The notes beneath the pieces were generated by a model that saw only the letters and a list, made by a program, of their open reading frames with translations, ran no database searches and had not been told where the DNA came from. Below are positions 46,801 to 60,739 of a stretch of 64,000 nt of DNA, piece after piece. The translations under genes were made by a program, and so were the position numbers. Numbering within the stretch: the first letter of the stretch is position 1; every line of letters begins with the position of its first letter. The DNA is taken from contig MU053934.1 of assembly GCA_013239625.1 (NCBI GenBank), forward strand, positions 4,358,399 through 4,422,398. Direction: 5' to 3'. The DNA is from Lama guanicoe (Eukaryota).

Positions 46801-49800
46801 GGCAGCAAAATGTCCCCAAGACCTGGGTAACGTGGGCTGCCAGAGTCTAGACCCCACCTGGGGCAGAGGGTTTCTTCTCACTCAAAATGACACATTTCTA
46901 GGACATTCCAAGGGTATGGTTTCAGAACTCTAGGACTCTCCTTTTCTTGGATTCTAAAATTCTACACACCTCAGTTTCCTCTGAAACTTATGTTTCTAAG
47001 GTTCTCAAATACTACAATTTTGTATTTTAGGGACTTTGAGCATCAAAAAGGCTCATTTACAAGATTCTTAGCTTTGAAAATTCTAGGATCCCATGAGCCA
47101 TACATTCACCCCACCTCCCTCCACAGCACCTCCCACCCACGGTGTCTTCTAGGGCACCAGCCCCACCTTCTGACTTTTCCCAACTCCTTCCATTGAAACA
47201 TACTCATTAATTGTCTGGCTCCACCCCACAGAGCCCTGAGCAGAGGCCAGGAGGGTTAGTGGTTCAGCTGAATTAGCTGATGCAAATGCTCTGATGGGGC
47301 AGGGGCTGGTGCAAGGAGCAAGGGGGCCCTGTGGGCGGGCACCAGAGCTGGCGGGGTTACCTGCAGCAGAAGCCGCTTGGGTTTCGGACCTCTCTTCCTA
47401 TACCCCGACGCTCGGTCTCTCTCCTCCCTGGGGTGCAAAGCAGATGGCAGAAGAAAAGGAAACACTGGTGACATTTAAGGGAAAGGCATCCGCTCCACCC
47501 GGCCCCCTGCTGTCTATGGGGAAGGGGGACACTCTCTACAGGCCACCCCCAACCCTGCCTTACGGCTCCTCCCATCACTCTCTTTAGCCCATAACAATGT
47601 GGTCACATGTTCAACTCCCAGGGCTCCGCCTTCCCATCTGACTAAAGGTGAGGGCACAGCCACTGGTCCCAACTGCTGAGGTGGGACTTGGGGGCATCTC
47701 CAAAAATATGTGGGTCTTCACAGCTCCAGGGGTGTGCCAAGCTCTGCTCTTCATGCCACTGGGAACACCCCCCAAAACAATGCAGTTCCAATTTCTGCTC
47801 TTAGGAAACTTGTATAGAAGCCTCTCAATCAAATTTGCGTTGAATGCCCCAGGGGAGCTGATGAGAAGAAGGCAGGCGAGTCCTTCGTACCTACATGAAG
47901 CTCTCCCCAGATTTCCCCCATTTGGCCTCTGCTTGGACCAGTCCCACTTGTCTGTACAGTCTGGCTGGGGAGGGGGCAGAAAAACTAGCCCATATTCAGG
48001 CCCCAGTAGATGCCACTCTCTGCTGGATGCCCTCCTCACATCCAAACACAACACACGAGGCACAACCTGAGGGCACGCACAAAGCCACATGACACACAGA
48101 GGCCCCAAGGCCATGCTGGAAGTGGTGGGAAAATTCATCCTGTTTCACTTCATTCCACTTATACTTTCTGTGGCCTTAGGCCAGTCTCTCAACCTGAGCC
48201 CAGCTAAGCCAGTGGATCTGTGGAGTCTGTTTTTGAGGTTCGCTCCTCCTGGAGGCAGCCCAGACATCAGACTCCAGGAGCACTGAAGAAGGGCCCTCCC
48301 TCCCCATGGAGTCGGCCTCAGCAGGTCTGCTGTGGGGCCCTAGAACCAGCTTTTGAGAAAAGCACCCAGGGCATGTGATACCCATGCCAAGCCAGGCCTC
48401 CCAAACCCCGAGGGCAAGAATCATCTCAGAACCCGGTGCTGGGCACCAGGACACCCTGCTCCAGGCCCAGCTCTACCCTGACCAATGGGAGACCTTGGCT
48501 GGGCCTCAGTTTCCTTGTCTGGAGCCAAGAGCTTCCCTTCTCAGCTGACCCCAGGGCTCCTGGAAGGAGGAAGGGAGGTCCTTGCTATTTCTCAAAATGC
48601 GGGGTAAAAAGACTGAAATAATAGAGGAAGAGAGAGGGAAGGAAAAGAAAAAAGAGGAAAAGGAGGAAGAAGTGGGGGGGAGCAAAAGGAAAGGACCTCG
48701 GGGTGAGGAAAGGATAATATGTATTTATTACATTTGTGTAAGTGTTGTTTATTATTATTTTTAGTATCATGTCCTGGACACTCTGTACAAGGCACTGCTC
48801 TCAATGCTTTAACCCTCACAGCCACCCAAGAGGGAGGCACGATTTCTAGCCTCATTTTATCCCTGAGGCATAGAGAGATTAAGTCAGTTGCCTGATGCCA
48901 CAATTTTAACAATTTCTGCCACTGGTGAAGATGCTGAGCTCTGGGCTCCAGGCCTGACCAGGTCAGGCCTGAGGGCCGAGACAGGGCCAGCGGGGCAGGC
49001 TCGGAGCCCAGGCCACATGACCTGGCTTCCCATCTGCAGCATCCCTGCTCCTGCCCTGCAAACTGTGTGAGGAGGGCTGGGAGGTTAAGGTGGGGGCATT
49101 CATTCTGTCCAGTCCTTACCTACTGAGAGCCTTGGTTTCTGTCAGCCTTGGACCCTCTGCCCATCAGTATCCAGAGCGTGGCCCCAGCAAGCCCTGACTG
49201 CCCTCTTGGCTCCTCCATTAGAGTCCCCTGGCCAGACTCCTGAGTATCTTAAATACCCTGCAAAGCAGGTGTTAAAATGGTCATCACCCACCTTCCACCC
49301 CCACCTCACCAAGACCCAGAAAGAAGGAGGAAGTCAAGTCACACAGTGGGTCTGTAGAATCCGCTAAGCTCCTCATTTGTTCCTTAACTATTGACTTTTC
49401 TGGCTCATTCAAAACAACATCCAAGTCCTCTACCAGGATTCGTAGGGCCCTCCCTGGGCTGCGTCCCTCATTCCTGGTGCTGTCCTCCCCTCCCCCATGC
49501 CTTACCCCGCCTCATCGCTGACCCCTGCCCCACCCACACCACCCAGCCAGCCACACTCAGAGCCCCACTTGCCTCCATGCTGGCCCTCACAGGCCCTCAC
49601 CCCAGGGCCTCTGCACTCACTGTGCTCTCCACCCGAGATGTTCTTCTCTAAAATACCTACTGGGCTTATTCCCTTACTTAGCTCGGGCTCTGGTCAAACA
49701 CCACCACCTACCACCCCACTGAAACCAGCAGCCCCTGCCCAGCCCTCACTCCCTGCCCCGAGCCTGTCTGAGCAGCGGTCAGCACCATCCGTATGTGGTG

Positions 49801-52800
49801 TACTTTTCACTGCAGGTCTCCCTCCACACTGGAATGTGAGCCCCGTGAGGGCAGGGACATTAGTTGATTTTGTTCCTTGCCCCCAATTCCTGGAACAGTG
49901 CCCGGCACGTAGAAGGACCTCAATAAGGATTTGTTGAACAAATGAAAGAACGAACTAGCTGACTCCTTATTACCCTTAGGAAGACATTCACACAAGTCCT
50001 TTGAATCAGCAGGATGAGACCTCCTGGCAGAGAAGCCATCAGAAGGGGGCGAGGAGGGGCAGAGGAACAACAGCGACTTGGAGTCAGGAGCCCCCCCAGG
50101 CTAAATCCTACTTGGGCTGCTTCCCAGCTGTGAGGTTCCCAGACAAGTCCCTTAGCTCTTCAGAGCCTCAGTTTCCTCATCTGTCAAATGAGACCCTCAT
50201 CCTTGTCTCAAGAGGTTATCAAAAGGAGACAAATAAAAATGATGATTTTATAAAAAGGGCCCAAACGGTACAGGGTCGATGGGTCGGGGTGAGGCAGAAA
50301 GACTGGGCAGCCGACTGGCAGGGAGGTTGGTAACACTGGGGCTCACGCAGAGAAGGGAATGGCTAGATTATGCTCACAAGGCCCTCCCACAAGGAGAAAC
50401 AACATTTTTGTCAAAGGCTCCCTGCAAAGATGTGCCCTCATGGCCCATCAGAGGAGCTGCCAATCACTGACCAACCTGCAGAATCACAGCAGAGCACTGG
50501 CAGAGCAGGAGACTGGGCCCGGAGGGGCAGCTTTGCCCAGGGCCACCCACCGAGGAGGTGACCAAGCAGGAGGCACTAGAACTCAGATATCCTGGCTCCA
50601 AAGCCACACTCCCTCCTCTGGCCTTTCTTGAGTTCCATCTGACTTGGTGAGAGGGTCTCTAGGGGGAAGTCTCTCTCTGGTCCATCACTGAGCATGGCTG
50701 GACATGACTGACCCTGCTGCCCCATGCATGCAGGCTGCCTCTGTGTCCATTTTCACCTCCTTTGCTGAAACTGAAACCCCTACCTTGAAACTCCTAGCTT
50801 CTGGGGAGATTGGGGCAGGTGTTACTGGGGGTGGCCAACAACAGCAGAGAGACTGAGGCCTGGGGTGGTCAGCTGAGTGGCCAGTATCACCCAGCAGCAG
50901 GAAGGAGCCAGGGCCCTTGCTGTCCCAGAACCTGGTGCCCACCACCTTCCCACAGCTGCAGACTAGACTGGGCTGTCCCTGCCAGACCCCTGCCCCCATG
51001 CCCGTGCCCTTTGTTCAGAGCCAAGCCAGCAGCAACTCCCTAAGAAAACCTCAGAGCCTGCCTTCCGCACAGCCCCATGGCAGGCTGAGCCCCCTTACTT
51101 CTCCTCATAGGCCATGACCAGGCGGGGGTCCAGGATGTGCTCCTCCGGCTCCCACGTGCTGTACCTGTGGAGAGGAACAAGAGGTCAGAGCTGCTCTGCC
51201 AACCCTCCCACCCCACATTAGGAGGCCACAGCTGCTCCACCAGGGCCACTGTCTGCAGGACTCTGTGCCCTCCTGGTCCAGTGTAACTGTCACCTAATCC
51301 CATGTCCCTGGCCACCCAGGCTAGGTTGGGGGCCTCCGGGGGGCTTCAGTGACACCGGAACTCCCCCAATTCTGAGCACTGATCACACCACCCTATAAAT
51401 GACTGTGTCCAGCTCCCAACTAGACCCCCCTGTTCACTTCAGGTGAAGAGGGCAGGTCCTCTAAGTCCCCAGACTCCATCCCAATAAGAGGCAAGAGCAA
51501 GTGGTGAAGATCAGGGGCTCTGGCGTCAGACTGCCCAGGTTCAAAGCCCAGGTCTGCTCTTGCCAGCTGTGCAACATTAAACAATTTATTCAACGTCTCT
51601 GTACTGATTTTCCCATCTGTAAAGGGCTCTTGTGCTGGTTAAATGCGTTCACGTGTCTATTTTGAGCAGTGCCTGGCACACAGGAAGTGTTCCGTGCATA
51701 TTATTGTTCCTGTACCCAGCCCCCCCTATACCCCAGCCTGGCCTCTGCCCCGGCTGAGCTGCTCCCTCCCTCTCCACACACATCTGCACACAGCAGGAAT
51801 TTGGTGACTGAATGGTGCAGGGATCCTACAGCAGACACTCCCGAGGTATTTCCACAAGGGATCTTCCACCACTTCCAGACCAGACGGCATTCCCTGTGGG
51901 ACAGACCCGGGCACTTCCAGAGCTCAGCCATCCTCCTTCCACCTGCACTATTATTTACTTAGTATCTGCCTTTAAATCAGTTCACTTTTTTGTTGTTGTT
52001 GTTTAAACAATTTTCTTTGAAAAGCAGATTTTATATGACTTCCATAAATGGAACGAGTGCCCCGGTCCTCCGGTCAACTGCTTCACTCATCCTTTAAGAG
52101 TCAGGTCCTTGTAGCTTTCCCTGACATCATTTCTAAGGTGTCCCACTTCCAACAGAATGAACCCTCCCCTCTGCTGCTCTCCAAGACCTTGCTGCTCATG
52201 GCACCTGCCATACTTATTGATAAATCAGGCTGGTGTCCTGGCTGGAAGATTGCAACCCCTTCCCAGAGCGCCCAGCCCAGGCCCCAGCCCCCAGGTGTTC
52301 TAGGGATGGCTGGAGAAGCCACCGCAGTTTTGCTCACCCTGAAGAAATGCTGAAAGTGAAACCGAGGTTTAATAGTTCGTGTAAAGCCCAAACTACAAAC
52401 AACCAGAAGCTGGCAGACTTCAAACCTTCCTCCCCCAACAACAAAGGCTGAATTTCCTCAACTGTAACCAGTAAGAAGAGAGGGGGCATTTTGTGTTCCT
52501 CTTTTGTCCCCTTCCTGGCCCTCTCTCTTTCTCTAGTTGAAGTGTCTCTTCAGTGCTCTAGTCAGCTCTGCCCTGCCCATTTCCCCACTGCCCTGCCTAT
52601 TTTTTGTTGATGTAGCTGCTATGTGGTTCCTGGCAAGTCCCTCACCTTCTCTGTACTTCAATTCCTCCTCTTAAGAACCACCACTACCACCACCACTGCC
52701 ACCACCACAGTAACAGCAAGAGGCCGGAGCCCGACTACCACAGGGACTCAGCCATTCCTTGTAACACCCTTATGAGGTAGGTTATAGGTAAGAAACTGAG

Positions 52801-55800
52801 GTAAAGAAGTTTAGCATCTTGCCAAGGTTACTGAGCCAGTAAATGACAGTCTGCAGTTAGAACTCAGTTGAATCTTGGTTACCCTCTCCTTTTGGGTCCC
52901 TCACATGTCGAGCTATCTGGTTCTCCACTGGATCGTGAAGTCTGGGAGAGAGGCACTATTTGATTGGCCACGTCTTCAGCGTCTGACCCGGGGCCTAGCA
53001 CACAGTGGGTGCACAGAAAGGGTCAGAGGATTTAGCGGGACTATTACTGGCCTGGGGCAGTCGGAGTGACTAAGGCAATGGGAAAGGGCGAGACTTGGCA
53101 GCAGGAGGCCTGGCCCTGCTCGATGGTGGGGAAGGCCGGGGAGTGGGGGAGCGCTGCACAAGCGCCTCACCCTCTCGGACACCCCCGCCCCTCCTAAGGC
53201 GGAGGCCATCACCGGCTCTCCGCCCTCCGCAGTGTGGGGAGCTAGAGGCCACGGCGAAGGCCAACACGCTCTTGAGAACAGCCGGGCGCAGGCAGGACGG
53301 AGCGCGCAGCCGGCAGAGTCCACCCTGGGAGAGGTCGAGGGCTGGGTCTGCGGGCCCGTGTGGCCGGGCGCCACGCGCAGAGGTACGGAACGTCAGCAGC
53401 GCAGGGACCCAGCACTCCGTGTAGGGCCGAGGGATCCACTTCACTGTGCCGCGCGCCCCGCCCACCGCGCGCGCGAGCTCGCACGCACGCACGCACGGGG
53501 GTGCGCGCGCCAGACTACCCGACCGACCAATGGGGGGCGGGGGCGGGGACGGCGCGCGCCGGCTTAGAGGTAAACACGGCCACGTGACCGCCGCCCCGCC
53601 TCGCCCACCACGGCCCTCCCTAGAGCCCGGGTGAACAGGCTCCAGGCCGGCCTGCTTGGGACCCGCCGCGCAGGCCCCTATCGGGCCAGGGGCGGGGTGC
53701 CCCGCTGAGCCAAGTCCGCCTCAGCCCCCTACTCAGATATAGAGGCGCCCAAATGAGAAGCCATGCGGGGGGCTTCCGGCGAGAGTGCCCGGGGCGGCGG
53801 TGAGACAAGAGAGTCCGTTGCTGGAGCCTCCGTTTCCTCATTGGTGAAGAGGGGCTACCAACAGTACCTGACTTTAAAGGTTGATGTGACGATTAGATAC
53901 GTTAAGCTGCATAAAGCACTTAGATCAATGTGGTACATAATAAAAGCAAACAAGCGTTAATTAAATCAATATCAAAAGCCTAGAGAGCGCAAACACACAT
54001 CTGCCAGGGCCAAAAGCTGGACTCTGTTGCCACTACTCAACCTGGCCTTGGTGGCGAAAGAAGCTCCTCCTCTGGGTCTGGCACTGTTATGAACCCTTTT
54101 TTGTCTCAGACAGCCTTCCGCAGGGCTTCGTGAGGCTAGAGCCCCGTTTTACAGGTAGGGAAATGGAGGTACCCATAGTTCAAATCGTCCCACCTGCATG
54201 AGCCTGGGCAAGCACTCCAATGCGGAGGGTTGCTGTCTCCCCATCTGTAAAATGGGTTGCCATGAGGCAATGTTATGGGCTAATGTCTGATATTAATAGG
54301 GGTTTATTGTTAGGTAGCCTGGTTATTGCTGTACGCACTGATAATATCATTACTAAAGCTCCATGGGGGTGATCCTCTCTCCAGATGGGGCAGCATCTGA
54401 GGGTAGGACAGGGAAAAGTAAAGCGTTTGCAAAGGGGTAGCGGCAGGGTCCTGGGCAGGCTGAGATGAGAGTGGGGTATCTGTGGGTCTCTTCGAGGCTA
54501 AGAGCACCTGTAGCTGATTATTTAACATCTTCTGCCTTGTGCCCCCAGACCCTCCCTGTGCCTTTTGCTGTTCCTTCCTGAACAAGCAAGATAGCTCCTC
54601 TGCCCCATCTGCTGGGGAGGAAGGGCAGTCATTTGTCTGCTGTTCAGAGAGAAAATAGCCAAGGCATGAAAAGGCTTAACAGGGGCCTGGAAAAGAGTAA
54701 GTGTTCGTTTAAATCAGGGTTTCTGTTATTAATAATAAGCTTCCTTAATCAGGGCGATAAGGGTGCTGCAGAGCATGAGACTGACTCCCCTCTCACCCAG
54801 GCTGGCAGTGCCCTAGCCAAGGCTCCCAGGCTCGCAAGGAGCACTCTGCCCAACTACTCACTCCCTACTCTTTCTTGGCCTCTTCTCCAAGTAAGGCCCC
54901 CTGAGGAGGGGAGACTGAAAACTAAGTGGTTACAAAGGAGCCCTGGTTCTCCTGCTTCTCTAACTGAAGCTGTGCTCCCAAGTGAAGTGGGGTGTGGTGC
55001 AGTGGATGGCATAAAATGGGTACCACACTACACCAGGTTGGCAGTTTTATTATTGTAATGATCTCCTTTCTCTGGGCCTCAGTTTCCCCATCTGAAAAAT
55101 GAGAGGACTGATCTAAATGATTGCTAAGGCTACTTTGGGCTCCTGTGAGGAATGGAATCCCCCAAATGCCTGCCTCTCCTGCTCAGGGGAGACGTAGAAA
55201 CCAACTAAGCACACATTCCCTAAGTGCTTGGTCTGGGCTAAGCATGCACCAGGTACTCTATATCCGTCATCTAATCCTCAAAACAATGCTGTGACAGAGA
55301 CTTTATTCCAATTTGGAGATGAGGAAGCAGAGCTCCTACCATGTTGAGGAACTTCCCAAGGGCTCACAGCTGTCTAGCTGCGAGCCAGGTCAGGAACCCA
55401 GGACCAAAATGTGGTGGAGCCAGAGATGCCCCAGGTCATCTAGCCAAACAGGGCTCCCAGAACCCCCTTGCAGTTCACAAAAGGCAGTCATGAGGGCCCA
55501 TCTGGTGGTCTCAGCATGTTAGGAAAAAAGTGGCCTCAGGGCTGGGACACAAACCAGCAGAACCGTGGAGGGACTGCTCCTGGAGTGCCAGGTCCTTCCC
55601 CCGACTGAAGCTCTGATGGGCAGATGTGTTAATTTGGGATTAAGAAAAGTGGGAGAAGGAACTTTAAATAGATAAGTACCTCTGTTTAGAGAAGGGAGTC
55701 TACAGAGGAGGAAGAAGAGCCAACAGTGCCTTGAAGGCCAACGGGCTGGTGATCACACTCCCATGTAATGCCTTCTGGTGCAGAAGCTAAGTGGGGAGTG

Positions 55801-58800
55801 AGTATCCAGGGAATATGCCTGCCCCCCGACCCAGCATCGTCTTTTTCTAGCTCTCCTGCTCCTCTTACTGCCTCTTCACCCAGGCGGGAAGTCCACCTCT
55901 CATCTGCCCAGTGGAGGAGGGGACTATCCTTGTCCCAGGGTGTTTGGGAAGCGGCAGCAGGGGCAGCAGGAATGAACGAGTGCATTACCTGGTTGGCCAG
56001 CCATCAAACCTAATCATCAGAATCCCTGCAGGCCATCCTGAATATGCCCCAGGCCTTTCACTGCACAAAGCGAGAGAGCAGGGCCTGGGCTATTGAACCC
56101 ATTTTGCAAACAGGGAAGTTGAGGCAGCATGAGCTGTCTTCCCCCCTGCTGCCTCTCACTATCACGTGTCCAAGACACTCCCAGGACCCAATACCTAGTC
56201 ACCCCCCCTCCCCCACCCATCAGCAAAGCAGAACAGCACTAGCACAGACAGCAGAGCTCTGGGCAGAGGGGGATTCCAGGAGTCAGTCTCCAGGAGGCAG
56301 GGCAGGGAGGTGGGACACCCATAGACCAATGAGGAGGCCCCAGCACCTGCTCATTCCTTTCCTAGTCCCAACAACTCCCTGCTGGGAGGTGAGTGGTTGG
56401 TGAGGGGATTCCTGATTGGGCCTTAGCAGGAAGGTGGAGCACCTGGGAGAGGTCCTGGACCCAGCTCCCTGCCCCCTAACTGGGAGATGGAGGACGCACA
56501 GAAGAGATACCTTAAAGTGGAGAGGCCCAGGTCAAGTCTGCCTCCACTGGCTGTGTGACCTAAGGCAAGCTGCCTACATTCTCTAGGCCTGTTTCCTCAT
56601 CGTTATAGATCAGGACCACAGCTGCCTCACAAGGCTGTACCAGAACCTACTCGGTAGACTGGCTCTGTCCCTAGCTCTATGGCACTGAGGACTGGTGCCC
56701 CACTGGCTAGACTTGTCTTGCCTAACCCCACGAACAGCCACCTGGCACAGTACTTGCTGTAGTTTGAGGGCCCCTCCACCTTGCAGGCAGCCATCTCTGA
56801 AACCAAGATGCTGGGCCTTCACATCCCAGGTGCCAGGGGAGCCCAGATCCAACCAGAAGATGGAGGGCGACTCTGAGGGTGGCCCACCTTGACCCTCATG
56901 TGCTTCAAGGCCCTCAACTGGCAGAGGGGAAATTGAGGCCCAGAGAAGATGGCGATTTAATCAAGGTCTGCTGGCCATTACTACGGCAGTGGGAGTGAAA
57001 AGCTAGGCAGGAGAGAGGGTAAAAGGTGGATGGGAGGAAGTACAGGCAGGCAGACACTCACACACAAAGGAGACTTACTTTGGGGGCCATCCTTTCCACT
57101 TCACCAGATATTCGACTTTACCCTGGAAGAAAGAGACAGAAGGAGACATGGTGAGATACACAGATGCCCCTATGACCGCTCGTAGGATAGTAAGGCCCAA
57201 TCCCCTCTGCAGACAGATGTCCCCTAACATATAGTCAGGGACCCCCCCACCAGATCTCCACCAACCAGAGATCCCCAAACTTTGGCTGCTGCATAACCAC
57301 CCTAGACTGTCCTCCCTACTAGAGCACAGGAGTGCACTGGGCCCCAGTCACCTCTTGGGCTTCTGTGGCAGGAGCATGGAGCTCGCCTTGTGTAGGGAAA
57401 CCGAGACCCCGTGGGGATGTGTGTGGCCAGAGACCCAGTGTCCAGTGTCCCAGCGCTAAGACCACAATTCTCTTTCCTTTTTAGATCAGAAGACTCTCCA
57501 AGTCCTAGAAAACTCCTCCCTGGGGTGTCCCACATGGCTCTAGCCCCGTAAGCCCCCTCCCTATGAGAGGCTGCCTCTGGCGCAGAGGTGACAGGCCAGT
57601 GACTCCAACTCGAAACCCACTCTCAACCCTGACCCTGGCAGGCCCCTAGAGAAAGCTGACAAAATCTTCACCTTGAGACAGGATGATCACCTCTCCAGTA
57701 GTTAGAAAATAAAGCCAGTTTCCTTCCTTCCTCATAGGTGACACAGGAAGTGACAGGGGCCTTTAAAAGTTCCCTGTCTGATGGGTGATACCCTTCCACA
57801 CTGGTCCAAGACACATCCACCTCCTCAGAGGCCTGCCCTGGCCACCCTTCCTAATAACCTCCCTCCTACCTTACAGTTCTCTTCCCAACACAGCCTAGTT
57901 GGAAGGCATCTGTATTTTCTTTCACTGTGTCTCCTCTGCCAGGATGCCAGCTCCATGAGGGAAGGAGCTCCCTCCCTGGGGGTTAGAATAGTGCCTGGTA
58001 CCTAACAGATCCTCAATGACTTTATTTTGAATGAATAGCTAAAGGAATGATGTTCCTGGCTCTACCCCCTCAGGCCCCATGTAGAAGGAGGGTAATTGTT
58101 GTACCTGCTTAGGCTACAGCATGGAAAGCACTGGGCTTTTCGGAATAAATTAAAATCGAGGAAACCCTGGGGAAGGGAGAAGGAGGAGGGGCAGCCCTGA
58201 CTTGAAGACAGAAAGCAACCCCACTGAAGCTGGGGGAAGAAAAGAAGGTCCTGGCTCACCCTGACTGTCGCCCTTAGCCCAACATGCCAGGACTGAGTTT
58301 TCTCTCTTGAAAGATGAACTGGCAATCAGCCAACTGGAGCTCCTGCTCTACCACCATCTCTAACTTGCTGTGTGACCTTGACCAGGTCACTTCTCCAGCC
58401 CAGGCCTCAGTTTGTGTCTTTGTCAAATGTGAAGAGATGAACTCTAAGACCCCTCCCAGCCCTGCCGCTGGAGCCTCCCAAGGGGCTGCAGAGAGGAGAT
58501 AAGGGCAAAGGACGGTGGTGAGAGCCGGGACAGGAACTTTCCCCAAAGACTTCCATTCCCAACCTCCAGTCTGGGGCCAGACCACTTTGCAAACGTGTGC
58601 ACAGGAAGTGTGCACGACCAAAGTCCAGCCTGCAGGCGTGGGGACCGAACCAAGCGGAACAGAAGCCTCCTTAAATTGCAGCGTGTATGTTTTGGAGGCG
58701 GAGGCGAAGGCGAAGGGGGAGGAGCTTCCAGGATGCCCAGGAGCTGTAGGCGGCTTCACTGAGCCCTGCCGAGAGGGGCTGGGAGTTGGGGTGGGGAAGA

Positions 58801-59407
58801 CAGAGGGGTGTGCACTCGAAGAGGGGGAGACACGTGGAGGTGGGGGTGTGGAGGGGATCGGAAAAGGTCGAAGTCTGGCAGTTAGACTTAAGAGGCTGGA
58901 GGAGGCTTTTCCAAAGCTCCGCCTCCAACTTCAAAGGACTTGGCACCAAGAATCCAGAGTCCTGTGTTCAAGACCCAGCTCCGACACGTACCTACGAGGC
59001 AAGCCGTTTCTTCAGTTTGGGCCTCAGTCTCCCCATATTTGGAATGAGGGGAGGATGAGAAAGGATGGCATTCAGGATCCCGACAATCCGATCCTAATCT
59101 CCAGCTCTGGCGGGTTCAGCTGCCCCCAGCATGCTGGGGCGACAACTTTTATATTACTCGCCCTACAAGGTGGCAGGGGAAACTGAGGCACGGGCTGGGG
59201 GGATACGAGTCCGGCAGCGAGGGGCTGCCTGGGCCCACTCGCCTCACTTTCTCCCTCGCCTCCAGCGTGGAGGGAACAGTGCTGGGGACAGGAAGGGACC
59301 CCACAGGGGTCCTGGGAGCCGCCCCCGGGCAGCCTCACCTTCCGCACGCGCTTCTTCCGGATGCTCTCCACGGCGAACACCTGCTCGCCGATGGCTGACA
59401 GCTCCAT
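43700..59407 (-). CDS. CBX7: Chromobox protein homolog 7 (PRC1 subunit), 251 aa; complement(join(43700..43857,44231..44582,47361..47427,51099..51164,57079..57122,59339..59407))
   Basis: [89 protein letters not shown]...-...VTVTDITANSITVTFREAQAAEGFFRDRSGKF*; chromodomain, AT-hook-like motif and Pc box; 756 nt, all introns GT-AG. Confidence 0.97.
44231..44582 (-). CDS. CBX7: CBX7 exon 5
   Basis: cag|cgg ctg tac ... gag g|gtaagg. Confidence 0.94.
44705..44719. other. Assembly gap (15 N)
   Basis: Run of n in CBX7 intron 4. Confidence 1.
45885..46385 (+). mobile_element. MLT1 (MaLR) LTR in CBX7 intron 4
   Basis: ...ccaaattcctgacccaccaagactgtgtgatagtaaatgtttattg...tacacagcaatagatgactgataca. Confidence 0.7.
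47361..47427 (-). CDS. CBX7: CBX7 exon 4
   Basis: cag|g gag gag aga ... ctg cag|gtaacc. Confidence 0.96.
51099..51164 (-). CDS. CBX7: CBX7 exon 3
   Basis: cag|g tac agc acg tgg ... gag aa|gtaagg. Confidence 0.96.
53050..53830. promoter_or_regulatory. Intragenic CpG island in CBX7 intron 2
   Basis: Dense CpG with CCAAT (~53527), GC boxes (~53533-53548) and E-box CACGTG (53581). Confidence 0.75.
57079..57122 (-). CDS. CBX7: CBX7 exon 2
   Basis: cag|ggt aaa ... cca aa|gtaagt. Confidence 0.96.
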
Positions 59408-60330
59408 GCGGGGCGGCGGGCGAGAGGGCCCGGGGCCGGGCCGGGCCGGGGGCGGAGCTGCGGGGCCGCGGCTGCGGCGCGCGATGCTCGGGCCGGCGGG
59501 GTCCCAGTCACCCTCGCCCGGGCGCGCACGCGCACGCGCACGCGCGCACACCCCCTCGCGCTCCCTCACGCTGCCGACGTTCCATTTTTGAAGCTGGGCA
59601 ACGTTTTCCTCGGCGCGCGCGAGCCGGCGAGCGAGCGCGCGGGGAGGGGGCGGAGCGGGGCGAGGCGGGGCGGGGGCTCGGCTCGCGCCGGGCAGGTCAC
59701 GCCCCTCCCTCCTACCCTTCCTCCCCGGCTCCGCCCCCGCTAGGCCCCGCCCCTGACGGAGCTCCGCCCCGCCCGAGCCGTGGGCCGCGCGCCGCTCACT
59801 GGAGCCGCGGGCTCGCGGGAGTTACTTGGCGCGTGCGCCGCTCCGCGCCGGGGTGGGACGAGATCTTAATACCCAGACGCGTTTCCTAAAATCCTCCCGG
59901 TGACTCTGAGGGGCCGGAAACGGCATGACTCCGGTTGGGCAGGTGGGGACCCGGGCAGAGCGGAGAGGCCATTTTCCGCACCTCCCGCCAAAGACAGATG
60001 GGGTCGCTGCGTAGACCCTCGGGCGGCGGGAGCGCGGGGACGGCCGAGGTTTCCCAACCTGTCCGGGCGTCACAGCACCGTGGTCTCTCTAGATCCGGGC
60101 TCCGGGGCGGCGTGGTTTGGCCAGCCCTGAGCAGACGCCTCCACCTCATCCTTGCGTCCTTCAGTCCGTCTGTAGGCGGTTGTGCTGAGACGCCCAGATC
60201 TCACGCGGCCGCTGCTTCGAGGACCCCCGCTAGGCAGTAATTGGCGGCAGGTGTGGCCGCGGTGGATCTAAGGTGCACAGCGGAACAGATTTTGCTGCCA
60301 CGCAGCCCAAGTCCCCAGTGACACGCGGTT
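59200..60330 (-). promoter_or_regulatory. CBX7: CBX7 promoter CpG island
   Basis: Very high GC/CpG content and multiple GC boxes around and upstream of exon 1. Confidence 0.9.
59339..59407 (-). CDS. CBX7: CBX7 exon 1
   Basis: ATG at 59407; aag|gtgagg. Confidence 0.96.
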
Positions 60331-60739
60331 GTTGCTCGACACCTAGTAGGTGTTCGACTGTTTGTGGAATGAATGGATCTTGAGGGCAGACGAACTCAGT
60401 ATCCCCACCCACTCCAACCCCCTTGTTTCCGCTATGGCACCACCATTCATCCTGCTAGGAACCCGAGTCATCAGTGCCGGTCCGGCTCCCACTGCCTGCC
60501 TGCAATGACCCCGAGTCCTGCCTCTCTGACCTCCTCCTCTCCACACCTCTTGTCCTTTTTCTGGACTGCAGCAACAACCTTCTCCCTGCCATCGCCTCCG
60601 ATCCCGTGTCTACACAGTGCCAGAATGCGCTTTCTAAAATGCAGATCTGACTGGGTCGCCTTGGTGCTTAAAAACCTTCCATAGCTCCCTGTTCCCCTCA
60701 GAATAAAGTCTAAACGCCTGTCTGGGGTACAGGAGAAAA

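Noticed and set aside
58515..59186. 223-aa + strand ORF in CBX7 intron 1
   Set aside because: GTG start, no recognisable domain, and it runs through a MIR-like fragment (~58950-59050).
59131..59889. 252-aa + strand ORF and other long ORFs over the CBX7 promoter
   Set aside because: GC-rich CpG island with few stops; low-complexity Arg/Gly/Pro/Ala translation, antisense to CBX7 exon 1.
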